Assembly: GCA_963844715.1 (NCBI GenBank)
Contig: CAWJPJ010000006.1
Coordinates: 320,001 to 384,000 of the forward strand
Origin: an uncultured Phycisphaerales bacterium
GTDB taxonomy: Bacteria > Planctomycetota > Phycisphaerae > Tepidisphaerales > Tepidisphaeraceae
Reading direction: 5' to 3'
DNA length: 64,000 nt
A program made the translations under genes and the position numbers. Shown here in pieces: positions 29,140 through 43,619 of the stretch. Numbering within the stretch: position 1 is the first letter of the stretch; the number at the start of each line of letters is the position of its first letter. Under the pieces are notes generated by a model that was given only the letters and a program-made list of their open reading frames with translations, did not search any database and was not told where the DNA came from.

Positions 29140-30473
29140 ATGACGCAATTCAAAGACGTTGCCGTGACGGCCGAGGGGCAATCCATCTCTTCATCTGGCG
29201 GGCGCCTGAGCGTGCCGGATCGGCCGATTGTTCCGTTTATTGAAGGCGACGGCACGGGGCCGGATATCTGGCGGGCCAGCCGGCGCGTCTTTGACGCGGC
29301 CGTCGAGAAGGCTTACGCGGGAACGCGCAAAATCGCCTGGATGGAAGTGTTTGCGGGGGAAAAAAGTTTTAACAAGTTCAATACCTGGCTTCCCGACGAG
29401 ACGGTGGAGGCTTTCCGCACGTTTCGCGTTGGGATCAAGGGTCCCCTTACCACGCCGGTCGGTGGAGGAATTCGATCGCTCAACGTCGCGCTGCGGCAGA
29501 TGCTCGATCTTTTCGTTTGCCTGCGGCCGGTGCGCTATTTCAAGGGTGTTCCATCGCCGGTGAAGCAGCCGGAGAAAGTGGATGTCGTGCTCTTCCGTGA
29601 AAATACGGAGGACATCTACGCCGGCATCGAATACCCGGCTGGCAGTCCCGAATCGCAAAAGATTTTGGATTTCCTTCAGCAGAATTTTCCTAAGGAATTC
29701 AAAAAGATCCGTTTCGGCAGCAAGGACGCCTCCGCTTCGTGGCAGCATGAGCTGGAAGGGATCGGCGCACGGCGCGGCCGGTGAACGTCGAGGTGGGGAT
29801 CGGCTTCAAGCCGATGAGTTATCTCGGAACCGAACGCCTGGTCTACACCGCCATCGGGTACGCCATCAAGCACAAGAGAAAGAGCGTGACGCTGGTTCAC
29901 AAGGGGAACATCATGAAGTTTACGGAGGGCGCTTTCCGCGATTGGGGGTATCGGGTTGCCAAGCAGTTCTTTGGGGCTGTCGAGATCGACAAGGGGCCGT
30001 GGTGCAAAATTCCCGAGGGCAAACCGGGAGCGGGAATTGTGATTAAGGACGCGATCGCTGACATCGCGCTCCAGCAGGTGCTCACGCGGCCCGAGGATTT
30101 TGACGTGATTGCGACGCCGAATCTGAACGGCGATTATCTGTCGGATGCGCTGGCGGCTCAGGTTGGAGGGATCGGCATTGCGCCGGGCGGGAATATCAAC
30201 ACCGTCACCGGGCATGCCGTCTTCGAGGCGACGCATGGCACGGCCCCCAAATACGCGAATCAGGATGTCGTCAATCCGGGGAGCATGATTCTGTCGGGCG
30301 TGATGCTTTTGGAGCACCTCGGTTGGCAGGAGGCGGGAGATTTGATCGTCCATGGACTTGAGCGCGCCATCGCCGCCAAGACGGTGACGTACGATTTTGC
30401 CCGGCAGATGGAGGGGGCCACGCAGATAAAATGCAGCGAGTTTGCCACGGAAATGATTCGGCACATGGGCTGA
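29140..30473 (+). CDS. icd: NADP-dependent isocitrate dehydrogenase (frameshift ~29770)
   Basis: [54 protein letters not shown]. Confidence 0.95.
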
Positions 30474-30589
30474 ATCCGGGGGGTCTGGCGCTGGCGGTTG
30501 TGGCCGCTTATTACCACCGGAAATGGGCTCGACCTGCGATAATCTAGGCAAGCTGCGCCGCCTTCGCGGCGATTAAGACTGGTCATTTC

Positions 30590-30618
30590 TTGACATAGCC
30601 CTGAGTAGATTCTAGGGT
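30590..30618 (+). promoter_or_regulatory. Sigma70-type promoter
   Basis: TTGACA-N17-TAGGGT upstream of the kinase. Confidence 0.5.
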
Positions 30619-30721
30619 TATATTGTTTTACGCTGGCTCCATTGGCAAATGGAGTTGGCCCTCCAGCCGGGCGAGAGGGGTAGAGGTCCCGGCGGTGGCA
30701 GGTGCGAACCCAAGGTTCGGC

Positions 30722-32014
30722 ATGTCTCAATCGCGAAACACCGTAACCGGCCCCACTGCGGCGGCAATGTCTTCCAGCAACCTCGATACCGAAGTGGGTA
30801 AGGTCGTCATCGACATGGGTCTGGCGACGAAAACCGAGATTACGTTTTGTCGCGAGCAGCAAAAACAAGCCTCCGATCCCAACGCACGCAGTCTTTCCGA
30901 TCTTCTCATCGAGCATAATTTCATCACCGTCAACCAGGCGAAGCGCATCCGGCAGACTCTGGCCGAGCGCAAAAGCAACGAAATCCCGGGTTACGAAATC
31001 CTGGGGCAGCTTGGCAAGGGGGCGATGGCGACCGTTTACAAGGCCCGGCAGCTTTCGCTGGACCGCATCGTGGCGATCAAAATCCTGCCGAAGAAAATGA
31101 ACGAAAGCCGAGACTTCGTCGAGCGGTTTTACAAGGAAGGAAAAGCCGCGGCTCGCCTGAGTCATAACAACATCGTCCAGGCGATCGACGTCGGCGAATC
31201 GCCCAAGGGTTTGCACTATTTCGTGATGGAGTATCTCGAGGGGAAGACGCTTTACGACATGATGGCCCCCCCGCCCGCCGGGGAGGGGCACAAATTCACC
31301 GAGGACGAGGCGCTGGATATCTCGATCCAAATGGCCGACGCCCTGGCTCACGCCCATCAGCGCGGATTGATTCACCGCGACGTCAAACCCAAGAATATCA
31401 TGCTGACACCCAACGGCGTCGCCAAGTTGACCGATCTGGGTCTGGCCCGGCAGACTGAAGACACCGCCGCCGCCGAAAGCGAAGCCGGAAAAGCCTACGG
31501 CACGCCGTACTACATCAGCCCCGAGCAAATTCGCGGGGACGTGGACATCGACTTCCGCGCTGATATCTATTCGCTTGGCGCGACGATGTATCACTTGGTG
31601 ACGGGTCATCCGCCGTTTGAGGGGGACACGCCCAGCGCCGTGATGCACAAGCATCTTCGCGACACGCTCGTTCCCGCCGATCACATCAACACGGAACTCT
31701 CATCCGGCTTCGGCGAGATCATCGACGTGGCGATGGCGAAGAAGCGCGAGGAGCGTTACGCCTCGACGGAAGAATTGGTCGAGGATTTGCGGGCGGTGCG
31801 GAATCGCCAGCCGCCGATCCATTCACGGCGGGCGCTCGATTTGGATCGGCTGGCGCAGATCGAAGAAACGGGGCATGTCGTCGATACGGTTCCGGCGCCG
31901 GTGCCGGAAGTGAAGCCGTGGCAGACTCCGCTCGTCAAGATTTTGATCTGGGCCACCGGGGTTTCATTATTCATTAACATCATTCTGGTGCTGATCCTAT
32001 CTCACAGCCGTTAA
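30722..32014 (+). CDS. Ser/Thr protein kinase with C-terminal TM helix
   Basis: GKGAMATVY, VAIK, HRDVKPKN, DLG, GTPYYISPE. Confidence 0.93.
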   Translation: MSQSRNTVTGPTAAAMSSSNLDTEVGKVVIDMGLATKTEITFCREQQKQASDPNARSLSDLLIEHNFITVNQAKRIRQTLAERKSNEIPGYEILGQLGKGAMATVYKARQLSLDRIVAIKILPKKMNESRDFVERFYKEGKAAARLSHNNIVQAIDVGESPKGLHYFVMEYLEGKTLYDMMAPPPAGEGHKFTEDEALDISIQMADALAHAHQRGLIHRDVKPKNIMLTPNGVAKLTDLGLARQTEDTAAAESEAGKAYGTPYYISPEQIRGDVDIDFRADIYSLGATMYHLVTGHPPFEGDTPSAVMHKHLRDTLVPADHINTELSSGFGEIIDVAMAKKREERYASTEELVEDLRAVRNRQPPIHSRRALDLDRLAQIEETGHVVDTVPAPVPEVKPWQTPLVKILIWATGVSLFINIILVLILSHSR

Positions 32015-32026
32015 TTTGTACCATTC

Positions 32027-32905
32027 ATGAAATCTCGAGTTGGATTCATCGGCCTGGGGATAATGGGCGCGGGCATGGCGACCCGTCTGCTAAGTGATCG
32101 CCCCCTCCTCGTCCACACCCGGACCAAGAGCAAAGCCAACAAACTGCTCCAGCGCGGGGCGATCTGGATGCCCACGCCCGCGAAACTTGCCGCCGAGTGC
32201 GATGTGGTTTTCGTATGCGTGACCGATACGCCTGACGTCGAAGCGGTCATTGCCGGGGATGATGGGATACTTTCCACCGCGCATTCGGGCCTGATCGTGG
32301 TCGATCATTCGACGATTTCTCCCGCCGTCACGCGACAGCTCGCCGACGACCTGCGCACGCGCGGGTCGTTCCTCCTCGATGCCCCGGTCAGCGGCGGACA
32401 AAGCGGAGCCGAGAACGGCACCCTGTCCATCATGGTCGGCGGCGACATGGAAGCATTCGAAAAAGTTCAGCCGCTCTTGCGAGTCATGGGGCAGACCATC
32501 ACCCACTGCGGACCCAGCGGCACCGGGCAGCTCACCAAGCTGGTGAATCAGATCCTGGTCTCAGTGACGAATTTGGCCGTCAGCGAGGCTCTCACATTTG
32601 CCCGGAAGAACAATTTGGACATGGCCAAGTCGATCGCCGCTCTTGGCGGAGGCGCCGGATCGAGCTGGCAACTGTTGAACTTGGGTCCGAAGATGATCAA
32701 TTCCGATTTCCGACCGGGGTTCACAATCAATCTTCAGCAAAAGGATTTGCGATTGGTCCTGGGAGCGGCGGAGGACTCGCGGACATCTCTGCCAGCCACG
32801 AGTCTGGTGCATCAGCTTTTCACAGCTGCCCAGGCCGCCGGGCACAGCAAGGACGGCACCCAGGCCCTCTTCACCGTCGTCGAGAAATTAGCGTCGTTGC
32901 ACTGA
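32027..32905 (+). CDS. Beta-hydroxyacid dehydrogenase (3-hydroxyisobutyrate/tartronate semialdehyde reductase family)
   Basis: GFIGLGIMG, DAPVSGG, KLVNQ, KDL. Confidence 0.93.
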   Translation: MKSRVGFIGLGIMGAGMATRLLSDRPLLVHTRTKSKANKLLQRGAIWMPTPAKLAAECDVVFVCVTDTPDVEAVIAGDDGILSTAHSGLIVVDHSTISPAVTRQLADDLRTRGSFLLDAPVSGGQSGAENGTLSIMVGGDMEAFEKVQPLLRVMGQTITHCGPSGTGQLTKLVNQILVSVTNLAVSEALTFARKNNLDMAKSIAALGGGAGSSWQLLNLGPKMINSDFRPGFTINLQQKDLRLVLGAAEDSRTSLPATSLVHQLFTAAQAAGHSKDGTQALFTVVEKLASLH

Positions 32906-32934
32906 AGACATCGGCCACCCCGCTTCCGAAGTTT

Positions 32935-36309
<3,375 letters not shown>

Positions 36310-36443
36310 CCGCGAGCTGTCATCTGAGGTGGGGCCAAGTCTATCCGCAAAATGCCTGAAGACGAAACTGGCGGCGATAATCCTCCCGGCCATTCCTCCT
36401 CCGCCATTCGGCGGCCATAACAATCTAAGGTAGAATCCGCCGC

Positions 36444-37220
36444 ATGCTTCGATCGCTTAGAATCATCGGGAGGGATTTTGGGGACTTTGCCGTGTATGCG
36501 GGCCGTGGGTGGCCGTTCGCTGGTTATGTTCGATCGCGGGGAACTTCGGCGCCTGCCGGGCCCGCGGAGATCTCCAGCCCGCCGACGCCGCCATGGGCGA
36601 CGGCCCGTTCTGTGTGCGCTTTGGTAAATATCAAGGCATGCTCGGGGGCCGGAGCTGCCTGACGGGCATCCGGGAAATCTGGGTGCGCGACCCGTATCTG
36701 GCGAATTATCTCACCATCGATCCGGATGCCGTCGTTCTCGACCTGGGCGCTAACATGGGCGTCTTCACGGCTCTGGCTCTGGCTCATGGCCCGCAGGTGC
36801 GTGTCTTTGCCGTTGAGGCTGATCCGGCCGAGTGCGACCGGCTGCGCCGCACCATCGGGGACAACCGGGCCCAGTCCCGGACCACCATCATCAACGCCTT
36901 CGTCGGCGGTTCCATGGATTTCCAGGACCACCTTAAGGCCACCGATCGCGCCGCCGCCGTCCAGACCATCAGCACGACCCAATTGCTGTCGCAAATCGGT
37001 CCGCGCCTGGATTTCATCAAATGCGATATTGAAGGGAGCGAATTCGCTCTTCTGGCTGACCCTCACCCTATCTTTGCGGCCGCCAAACAGATTTCGATGG
37101 AATTGCACCCCGATTTGGGTAATGCCCAAGACGCCATCAAGTCGCCTTGGCGATCTGGGATTTGAAGTGAATGTGCTCTCGCGCCCGCCGACGCTGATGG
37201 CCTTATGCCGCAGACGTTAA
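36444..37220 (+). CDS. FkbM-family methyltransferase (frameshifts)
   Basis: [27 protein letters not shown]. Confidence 0.8.
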
Positions 37221-38198
37221 GTCGGCCTTGCGCCGCCGCCGCAGGAGCAGTGGTATTAGCGTCGCACCGAGGACTACTGCGCCCGTCGGCTCGGGAAGGA
37301 GCGCATCGATCTGGCTCGAATACGTCGCCACGTCGACCATATAAGACTGGTCGCCGAACAACGCCTCGGTCAGGTCCGGCTGGCCGGCGTACTCTCCCCC
37401 CGCGTCGTTGATTCCGAGCAGCACGTTCCCGCTCGTGATCGCCCCACCGCCGGAGTCGCCCGGCACGATCTGGTCCGACGTCGAGCTATTTACGAATTCG
37501 GATCCAAATACCGTTACATTCCCAAACCCCTCGTTGATCGTGAATGTATTGACGATCGGTCCGTCCTCGACAAGCTGAAATCCATAAACCTGGTTCTGCC
37601 CCCACGCGAATGTCTGCACGTACGAATTGATCTCATAGCCCTGATAAGTCGGGGTTCCGTTGGTTTCATTAAAGCTGGCGTCGTAGCCTTGCAGGCCGGA
37701 AGTCCGCTCCCCGCCGAAACCCATATTGTAATAGCCCGTCCCGATCGAGGGCGACACCGTCGGAATCGTCAGCGTCGGCAGCCCTACCGGAATCGTATTC
37801 AAATGAAACATCACCAAATCGGTCGGCGAATCGTCCGATGGATTAACCAGGCGAACGCTGTCCCCGTTGCCAGTATAGTTGTCCCCGTTGAGCTGGACTT
37901 GAATGGTCGGATCGATCCCGCCGGTGACGGCATCGTGCACGACGTGATATGCCGTCATCATCCAGCCATCGCCAAGATAAATTCCCCCCGCGTAGCCATC
38001 GGAAGTATTGTCTTCGTTGATTGCCAGGACGACAGCCTCGTTGCTCAGCCCCGTAGGCGTACCCGGTAACGTGGTGTTATTTTGAGGCGAAGAAGTATCC
38101 GCCCCGGTGATGACGGCTAACGAAAGTCCGGGTGAAAGCAAAAGACAGGGAACCGCCGCTAATAGCAGCCGAGCAATGCCTGATTTCACTGAAACCAT
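37203..38198 (-). CDS. Trypsin-like (S1) protease with PEP-CTERM-type tail
   Basis: Signal peptide, MTAYHV, TDL, GDSGGG, LPEPTGAVVLGATLIPLLLRRRR. Confidence 0.85.
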   Translation of the reverse strand: MVSVKSGIARLLLAAVPCLLLSPGLSLAVITGADTSSPQNNTTLPGTPTGLSNEAVVLAINEDNTSDGYAGGIYLGDGWMMTAYHVVHDAVTGGIDPTIQVQLNGDNYTGNGDSVRLVNPSDDSPTDLVMFHLNTIPVGLPTLTIPTVSPSIGTGYYNMGFGGERTSGLQGYDASFNETNGTPTYQGYEINSYVQTFAWGQNQVYGFQLVEDGPIVNTFTINEGFGNVTVFGSEFVNSSTSDQIVPGDSGGGAITSGNVLLGINDAGGEYAGQPDLTEALFGDQSYMVDVATYSSQIDALLPEPTGAVVLGATLIPLLLRRRRKADLTSAA

Positions 38199-38371
38199 CC
38201 CTCCGCTCAGTCCACCTTGCCGACCGTTTTAATTTACCACATGCCCGGTCAATGCCAAGCGGAATTCCCGCCGCCAGTGGAAAATTAGGCAACTCTTAAC
38301 GGCCTTGCCGCCGAATCTGGTAAGCTCCGACCGGGGAGAGGATTACGCACTCTTTTGGCACTGGAGGAACC

Positions 38372-39888
38372 ATGGCGCAGGCGGAAATCAGTCGGCGGGA
38401 AGTCCTTAAATCGGCCGCGATTGCGGCGGCGGCGGTTGCGGGAGCGCAACTGGCGAATTTCGCGGGCGGGCAAACTACGGAACCTTCCGCGCAACTTCGC
38501 GGCGCCGACGACTCGGCCGGCGCCGATGATTGGGATTCAAACGGGAATTCCGCCGCTGGCTTCTGACAATATCGATTCGGTTCTTGAGGATATGCAAAAA
38601 CGCGGGGGCGTGAACACACTTTTTCCGTTTATTTACACCTACGCACACGTGACGGCGGCGATGAAAGCGAAGGGGTTTCGTGGGGGTAATTTCGCTATTC
38701 CGCACATGCAATATTACAAAAACACTTCCCTCACTTACGCGGATATGCGGGCGCCGGATTTTGGGGATTTGGATGTCTTCGACCGCACGATTACGGCGGC
38801 CAAAAAACGGGGGATGAAAACGTTCGCGTGGGTTTTGGAAGATCACGACAAATGCCCGTCCAAAGCATGGGAGCCGCTGTATGAAATCGACTTTCATGGG
38901 AATCGCGTGCTGAATCATCCGTCCGGGCCTTGTTACAACAATCCGGCTTATCTCGGCTTTGTGCTCGGACTCATTGAAGATTACACGCGCTCTTACGACA
39001 TCGACGGCGTGATGTGGTCATCGGAACGACAGGGTGGATTTCTCAACGCGATCGGGGCGTATGCGCACGGGTCATCTTCTGATCCCGGCAAAGCTACGTG
39101 CTTTTGTGAATATTGCCAGGCACGCGCTGAAGCGCAGGGGATCGATCCGCAGCGCGCGATCGAGGGGTTTACCGTGCTGGAACAATATGTTCGCGAGGGG
39201 CGCGCGGGGTCGCGGCCTCGGGATGGGTATTTTGTGGCGTTTTTCCGCATCCTGTTTGATTATCCGGAACTGCTGGCTTGGGAAACGCTTTGGCAGACGA
39301 GCCGGGAAGATTTGATGAAGGACATTTACAAACTCGTCAAGTCGATCAAGCCTGAGCTGCCTGTGGGGTGGCATATCTGGCATAACGTGACGTTCTCGCC
39401 GTTCCATCGGGCGGAGATGGATTACAAGCGGATGATCTCTTACTCCGACTATCTGAAACCCGTTGTCTACAACAACGCGGCTGGGGAGCGCATGCATGCG
39501 TTTACTACCGGCATTTGCCAGAATGTGCTGGGGGATCTGCCGCCGGATCAGGCGTTGCAACTGCTGTACAGCTTCCAGGACTTTAAAGAGGCGCCTTACG
39601 ATACGCTGGAACAGGTCGGGTTCTCGGCGGACTATGTGCGGCGGGAGACGGCGCGGTGCGTGGATGATGTGAAGGGATCGAATGTGCAGGTGTGGCCGGG
39701 GGTGGGGATCGATATTCCGGTCCCTGCGGGGGTGTGCGCCTTCCACGGCTGAGGCGGTGAAGCAGGCGGTGCTGGCCGCGTTCCAGGGGGGAGCGCCTGG
39801 GGTGCTGCTTTCGCGGAATTATCCGGAGATGGTGCCGGAGCATTTGTCGGGAGCGGGAGCGGCGCTGGATGAATTGGGGCTCAGATGA
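38372..39888 (+). CDS. Tat-exported putative glycoside-hydrolase-like TIM-barrel protein (2 frameshifts)
   Basis: SRREVLK Tat motif; CYNNP.Y, YDIDGVMW.SE, CFCEYC. Confidence 0.7.
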
Positions 39889-39889
39889 C

Positions 39890-40170
39890 GGGCCCGTTCC
39901 GCGACGGAGCGGGAGTGTGAAGGTGTGAACGTGCGAAGGTGTGAACGTGATGGGAGCAGAGCCCTTGCAGTTCCCTCGGCGTGGTTCATTGGACCAAGGA
40001 TACAAAAGTAAGCGCTTTTGAAAATGGCCTCGCGCGCTTCTTTTGGGGTAAGGGGTTGGGGGATAAGGAGATGGGGTGGGTGGCGCGTGGGCGTCTATGG
40101 TAAGCGCGCTTACTTGGGTCGGTTCCGCGCGGGGGGGCGGGAGCGTGAAGGTGTGAAAGTGCGAAGGTGG
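39890..40170. repeat. Duplicated hairpin + 8-mer (GTGYGAAS) tandem module
   Basis: gtgtgaaggtgtgaacgtgcgaaggtgtgaac (~39916) and gcgtgaaggtgtgaaagtgcgaagg (~40143). Confidence 0.7.
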
Positions 40171-40692
40171 TGGGCAAGGCGTAGCCGTGGGTAGTATCAT
40201 CGGCGCTTTGATCGGGGGGTTGGGGGGAGTTTGGTTGTTGTTCAATTATCAAATTTTAGTGGCCATGGTGATTTGCGGATCAGTCGCTGTCCCCTTGCGG
40301 GGGGTTGAGCCGTGTTTGCCGCGAGTACCGACTGCGGACTGGCGATCGGCGGGAGATGTGGCGCGGTGGTCGTGGGGGCGCCATCACAATCCGCGACGCG
40401 GTAATCGGCGAGTTCCATGATGAGGATGGAATTTCTGTCCGAGAGCTCGCCTCCAAAATCATCGGGTCGTGAAAAGATCGGTTTGCCCCGGCGCTGGAGC
40501 ACACGCAACCGGAACCTTGGACGCTTCTCGACTCAAATTCCAGTCGAAATCCGATTCGGCACCGACTCGCATCCCTTGCACTCTAACGTGAGTCTGCTGC
40601 GCCCTGCTTTCACCGATCGTCGCAAATTCCTTGGCGGCAATCGCGTAAGCGGGTTTACGCCATCGTCCGTCCTCCCCGCCGACGCAGTGCGC

Positions 40693-41202
40693 CTAAGGTT
40701 TTGGATTCTGCTTATTCTGAAGTTCTCGCGAAATCTGTTCGAATTGCTTCCGAGCGTCGGCGATGACTTCGGGGGTCCATCGAAATCGCGTGTGATGCAT
40801 GAGGGCCTGGATCGCCTTGGTAAAATCGAGGCGCTGTTGGGCGGCGGCGTAAGCGAGGACGCCCAGCGTTCCGGTAACCATTAAGCCGCGGGCCGAGGCG
40901 AGGTTGGCGGCCTTTCGTTCGTCGATCAGTACACGATCCGCATGGCGCTCGCTGGCGAGTGAAATCGCCGATGTCTCTCCCTCGTCGAGATCAAGGTCCA
41001 GCATTGTGGCTGGCGAATGAATCCCGAGCCAGGCGGGCGGATTTTGGGCCCAGCGCTTCACGAGCTCGGGGAAATGGTCCATTTTAAGTTCGCCGATCAC
41101 CAGTGGCGTGGTCATCACCGCGCCGTAGAGGGAGGGCAGAAGTTCAACGGCGCCCAGTTCGCACAATTAGCGAAGGGGACTGGTATCGCAGACGATCAGC
41201 AT
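40693..41202 (-). pseudogene. DUF3368/PIN-like protein with in-frame TAA at codon 12
   Basis: MLIVCDTSPLR*LCE...LDEGETSAISLA...LIDERKA...TGTLGVL. Confidence 0.75.
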
Positions 41203-41205
41203 GGT

Positions 41206-41470
41206 TTATTTGGAGCCCAAGGGGAGGCCCAGGTCTTTACGGAGCAAATCGAAATCGCGTCGAACGTCGGCTGAGGTGTAATCGACCACGCCGTGGCGTC
41301 CGAGAACTTCCTCGGCCTGAGCCCGGTCGATCCCGAGGTATTTGGCGAACTGTCCGTGGGAGAGTTTGCATTCGCGGTAGAGGTGGACCGCGATCGTCTC
41401 GCGCTTCCTGATCGAGCCGGCGGACGGTCTCCGGGTCAAGGTTCTCGGGGATGGGGATGTTCAGGGTCAT
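41206..41470 (-). CDS. UPF0175-family protein (frameshift ~41408)
   Basis: ETIAVHLYRECKLSHGQFAKYLGIDR; usual partner of DUF3368. Confidence 0.75.
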
Positions 41471-41619
41471 GCTGTATTAGTTTAGCATGGCATTGGGGTT
41501 GTCAACGACCTACTTGGATTATCGGCAGAAACAGAGGGAAATGCTGACCGGGCGATGGGCGACCCGATTGTAACGACGTAATGTCACGTCCCCTTCTCAA
41601 CCCGCCTTCGGCTTAGTCG

Positions 41620-42028
41620 CGGATTCGGGATCGGCGTCCTCCAATTCAGCCGGGAGCAGAACCGCTTTCCGATTACCCCTGGTCGCCAGTTCCTTGGTGG
41701 CGATCGGGTAGGCGGGTTCACGCTATCGTCCGTCCGCCCTACCAGGGCGGTCCTATGGGGAGGCCCAACGGATGGCGCTTCGGCGGGTTCAGCACAGGCC
41801 CTTCGACATGTTCAGGGGGGCTATCCGTTGGCTTTCGCTTAGAGCAATTTGGGCGTGGGACATGCCGCTTTCGGGGGTTGGTCGGGGTCGATCGGTTGTT
41901 GCTTGAGCGTTTCGGGAAGCGGAATCTTTCGTTTCTGCCGGGGTGTTCTGGGTGTGGGGTTTGGGGTTTGCGGTGTGGGGAGAGGGAACGCGGTGCTGCG
42001 CACCGCCGCTAAATGGGGGAACGAACGG
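41620..42028. repeat. Dispersed ~400-bp element, copy A
   Basis: Colinear with 43620-44078; 40-bp identical end. Confidence 0.85.
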
Positions 42029-42161
42029 TGATCGAATTATTGGGTGGGTTTCCGCGATGGGAAGGGATTGGCCGGCGGGTCCCGGTCATTTGCTGGCGGA
42101 TTTGGCGGAACGATGGGGGATGATCCAGCGGGTTCGAATCGCGGTCGATTGAGTTTTTTTT

Positions 42162-42189
42162 TTGACAATGCCGGGTGGTTGCGTAAATT
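42162..42189 (+). promoter_or_regulatory. Sigma70-type promoter
   Basis: T-tract, TTGACA-N16-TAAATT. Confidence 0.55.
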
Positions 42190-42260
42190 AGTCGTGTGCG
42201 GTGAAGTTAGCGGCCGTTGACGGACGGTGCGGACTTTGGGGGGAAAGTGGGTAGAGGAAC

Positions 42261-43034
42261 ATGAGACGGGTTCACTTCTATGCTGGCGCGGGGTTGATTC
42301 TTTCGCTTTTGGTTTGCGGGAAGGGGTGGGCTACGACTTCGATCAATTTTGATCCGCCGGGCGGACTTCCTGCGGGGGATTTGCCTGCGGGGCTGAGCGC
42401 GATGAGTAATTCGCCGGGGTCTGCGGTGCCTACTAGCGCGGAGCTTTCGGATCAATATGATGGGGACGGCGTGCTCTTCAGTTCGACGTCCGCGTTTGTG
42501 GCGGTTGTGGATATCGGCAGTTCGTCGGCGAGCCCGCCGAATGGGATTGGGGGGGTGACTTCGGATGGGCTGCTCTCGTATGCCGATCCGGTTAAATTCA
42601 CGTTTGTGCAGCCGGGGACGATCTTGGCTGGGGTTACGAGTGACGTTTCGATCCAGGCGGACGATATCGGTATTCCGGGGCAGTATGCGACGCTGACGGC
42701 GTTTGATATCAATGGGAAGGTGCTGGACAGCGAGACGCTCAATGATGTGGGGGGAGAGATCTGGTCGATTGACTTGGCGGGGATTCACTCGGCGGAATTC
42801 AATTTTCCGACGACCATCGATGGCGATCCGACGACTGGATCGCCGTTTGGAAATGGGACGGGGATTGCCCTGGATGATTTGAATTTTGGTGCGGTTACCG
42901 CGGCGGGATCCGGGGGATCGGCGGCGGTTCCGTTGCCGACGGCGGCATGGAGCGGGCTGGGTCTATTGGGATTGCTTGGCGGCATTCGAGCGCTGCGATG
43001 GGGCGGGAAATGGAATCGGTGTGAAGCGCATTGA
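42261..43034 (+). CDS. VPLP(A)-CTERM surface protein
   Basis: Signal peptide, IALDDL, AVPLPTAAWSGLGLLGLLGGIRALR. Confidence 0.85.
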   Translation: MRRVHFYAGAGLILSLLVCGKGWATTSINFDPPGGLPAGDLPAGLSAMSNSPGSAVPTSAELSDQYDGDGVLFSSTSAFVAVVDIGSSSASPPNGIGGVTSDGLLSYADPVKFTFVQPGTILAGVTSDVSIQADDIGIPGQYATLTAFDINGKVLDSETLNDVGGEIWSIDLAGIHSAEFNFPTTIDGDPTTGSPFGNGTGIALDDLNFGAVTAAGSGGSAAVPLPTAAWSGLGLLGLLGGIRALRWGGKWNRCEAH

Positions 43035-43122
43035 GGTAGAGCCATGACGGGGAGGGTTGCTGAAATGGCCGGCAATGCGAATCGGATTTCTTTGGCGCTC
43101 ACGGGGCCGATGCGGCTCGGTC

Positions 43123-43491
43123 TCATTGCGGAATTTGAACGTGTACGGTCGTTGGGTCTAGATCCCAGAATCCCGGGCAGAAAATGCCGATGACGGGGAT
43201 GATAAAGAAGAAGGTGCCGACGATGTCCAGGACGCCGGTGCCGGAAATTTTTCTGCCGATGACGGCGGTTCCGCGTCGTCCGGCGTATTCGGCGCTGATT
43301 GCGTAGGATTTATTTCGGTCCAACATCAATGTCACGGGACTGGTCCCCACCGGGTTGTTGTCGACATAAACCGTAGCCGGTTGCGTCGACGCGATGATCG
43401 TCACCGATTCCTGCTTGGGCTGAAACGCGGAGCATCCCTGGACCAACAGTAGCGCGATGAGACCGGCTGAGACCCACTTCCCCTTGTTCAT
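43123..43491 (-). CDS. PEGA-domain lipoprotein
   Basis: LVQGC lipobox, ATVYVDN..VGTSP, C-terminal hydrophobic segment. Confidence 0.75.
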   Translation of the reverse strand: MNKGKWVSAGLIALLLVQGCSAFQPKQESVTIIASTQPATVYVDNNPVGTSPVTLMLDRNKSYAISAEYAGRRGTAVIGRKISGTGVLDIVGTFFFIIPVIGIFCPGFWDLDPTTVHVQIPQ

Positions 43492-43619
43492 AAGCCTCGA
43501 TTCGTAGGCCCGGGATGCTAGCGATACATCGCCGGAACTGCAATAAAATGGCCGGGCATTCGGACGCACTGGGACTCAACAGGGACGTAGCTTGCCTTTT
43601 ACCTCCCTATGGTTCAAGC

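Noticed and set aside
31262..31292. PPPAGEG in the kinase as a second in-frame repeat insertion
   Set aside because: Too short and lacks the gcggaaac core; may be a native loop
40187..40620. Possible small genes
   Set aside because: No frame shows recognisable motifs or good initiation signals
42154..42163. Poly-T tract as a phase-variation site
   Set aside because: Lies upstream of and overlapping the -35 rather than in the spacer, and homopolymer length is unreliable in this assembly
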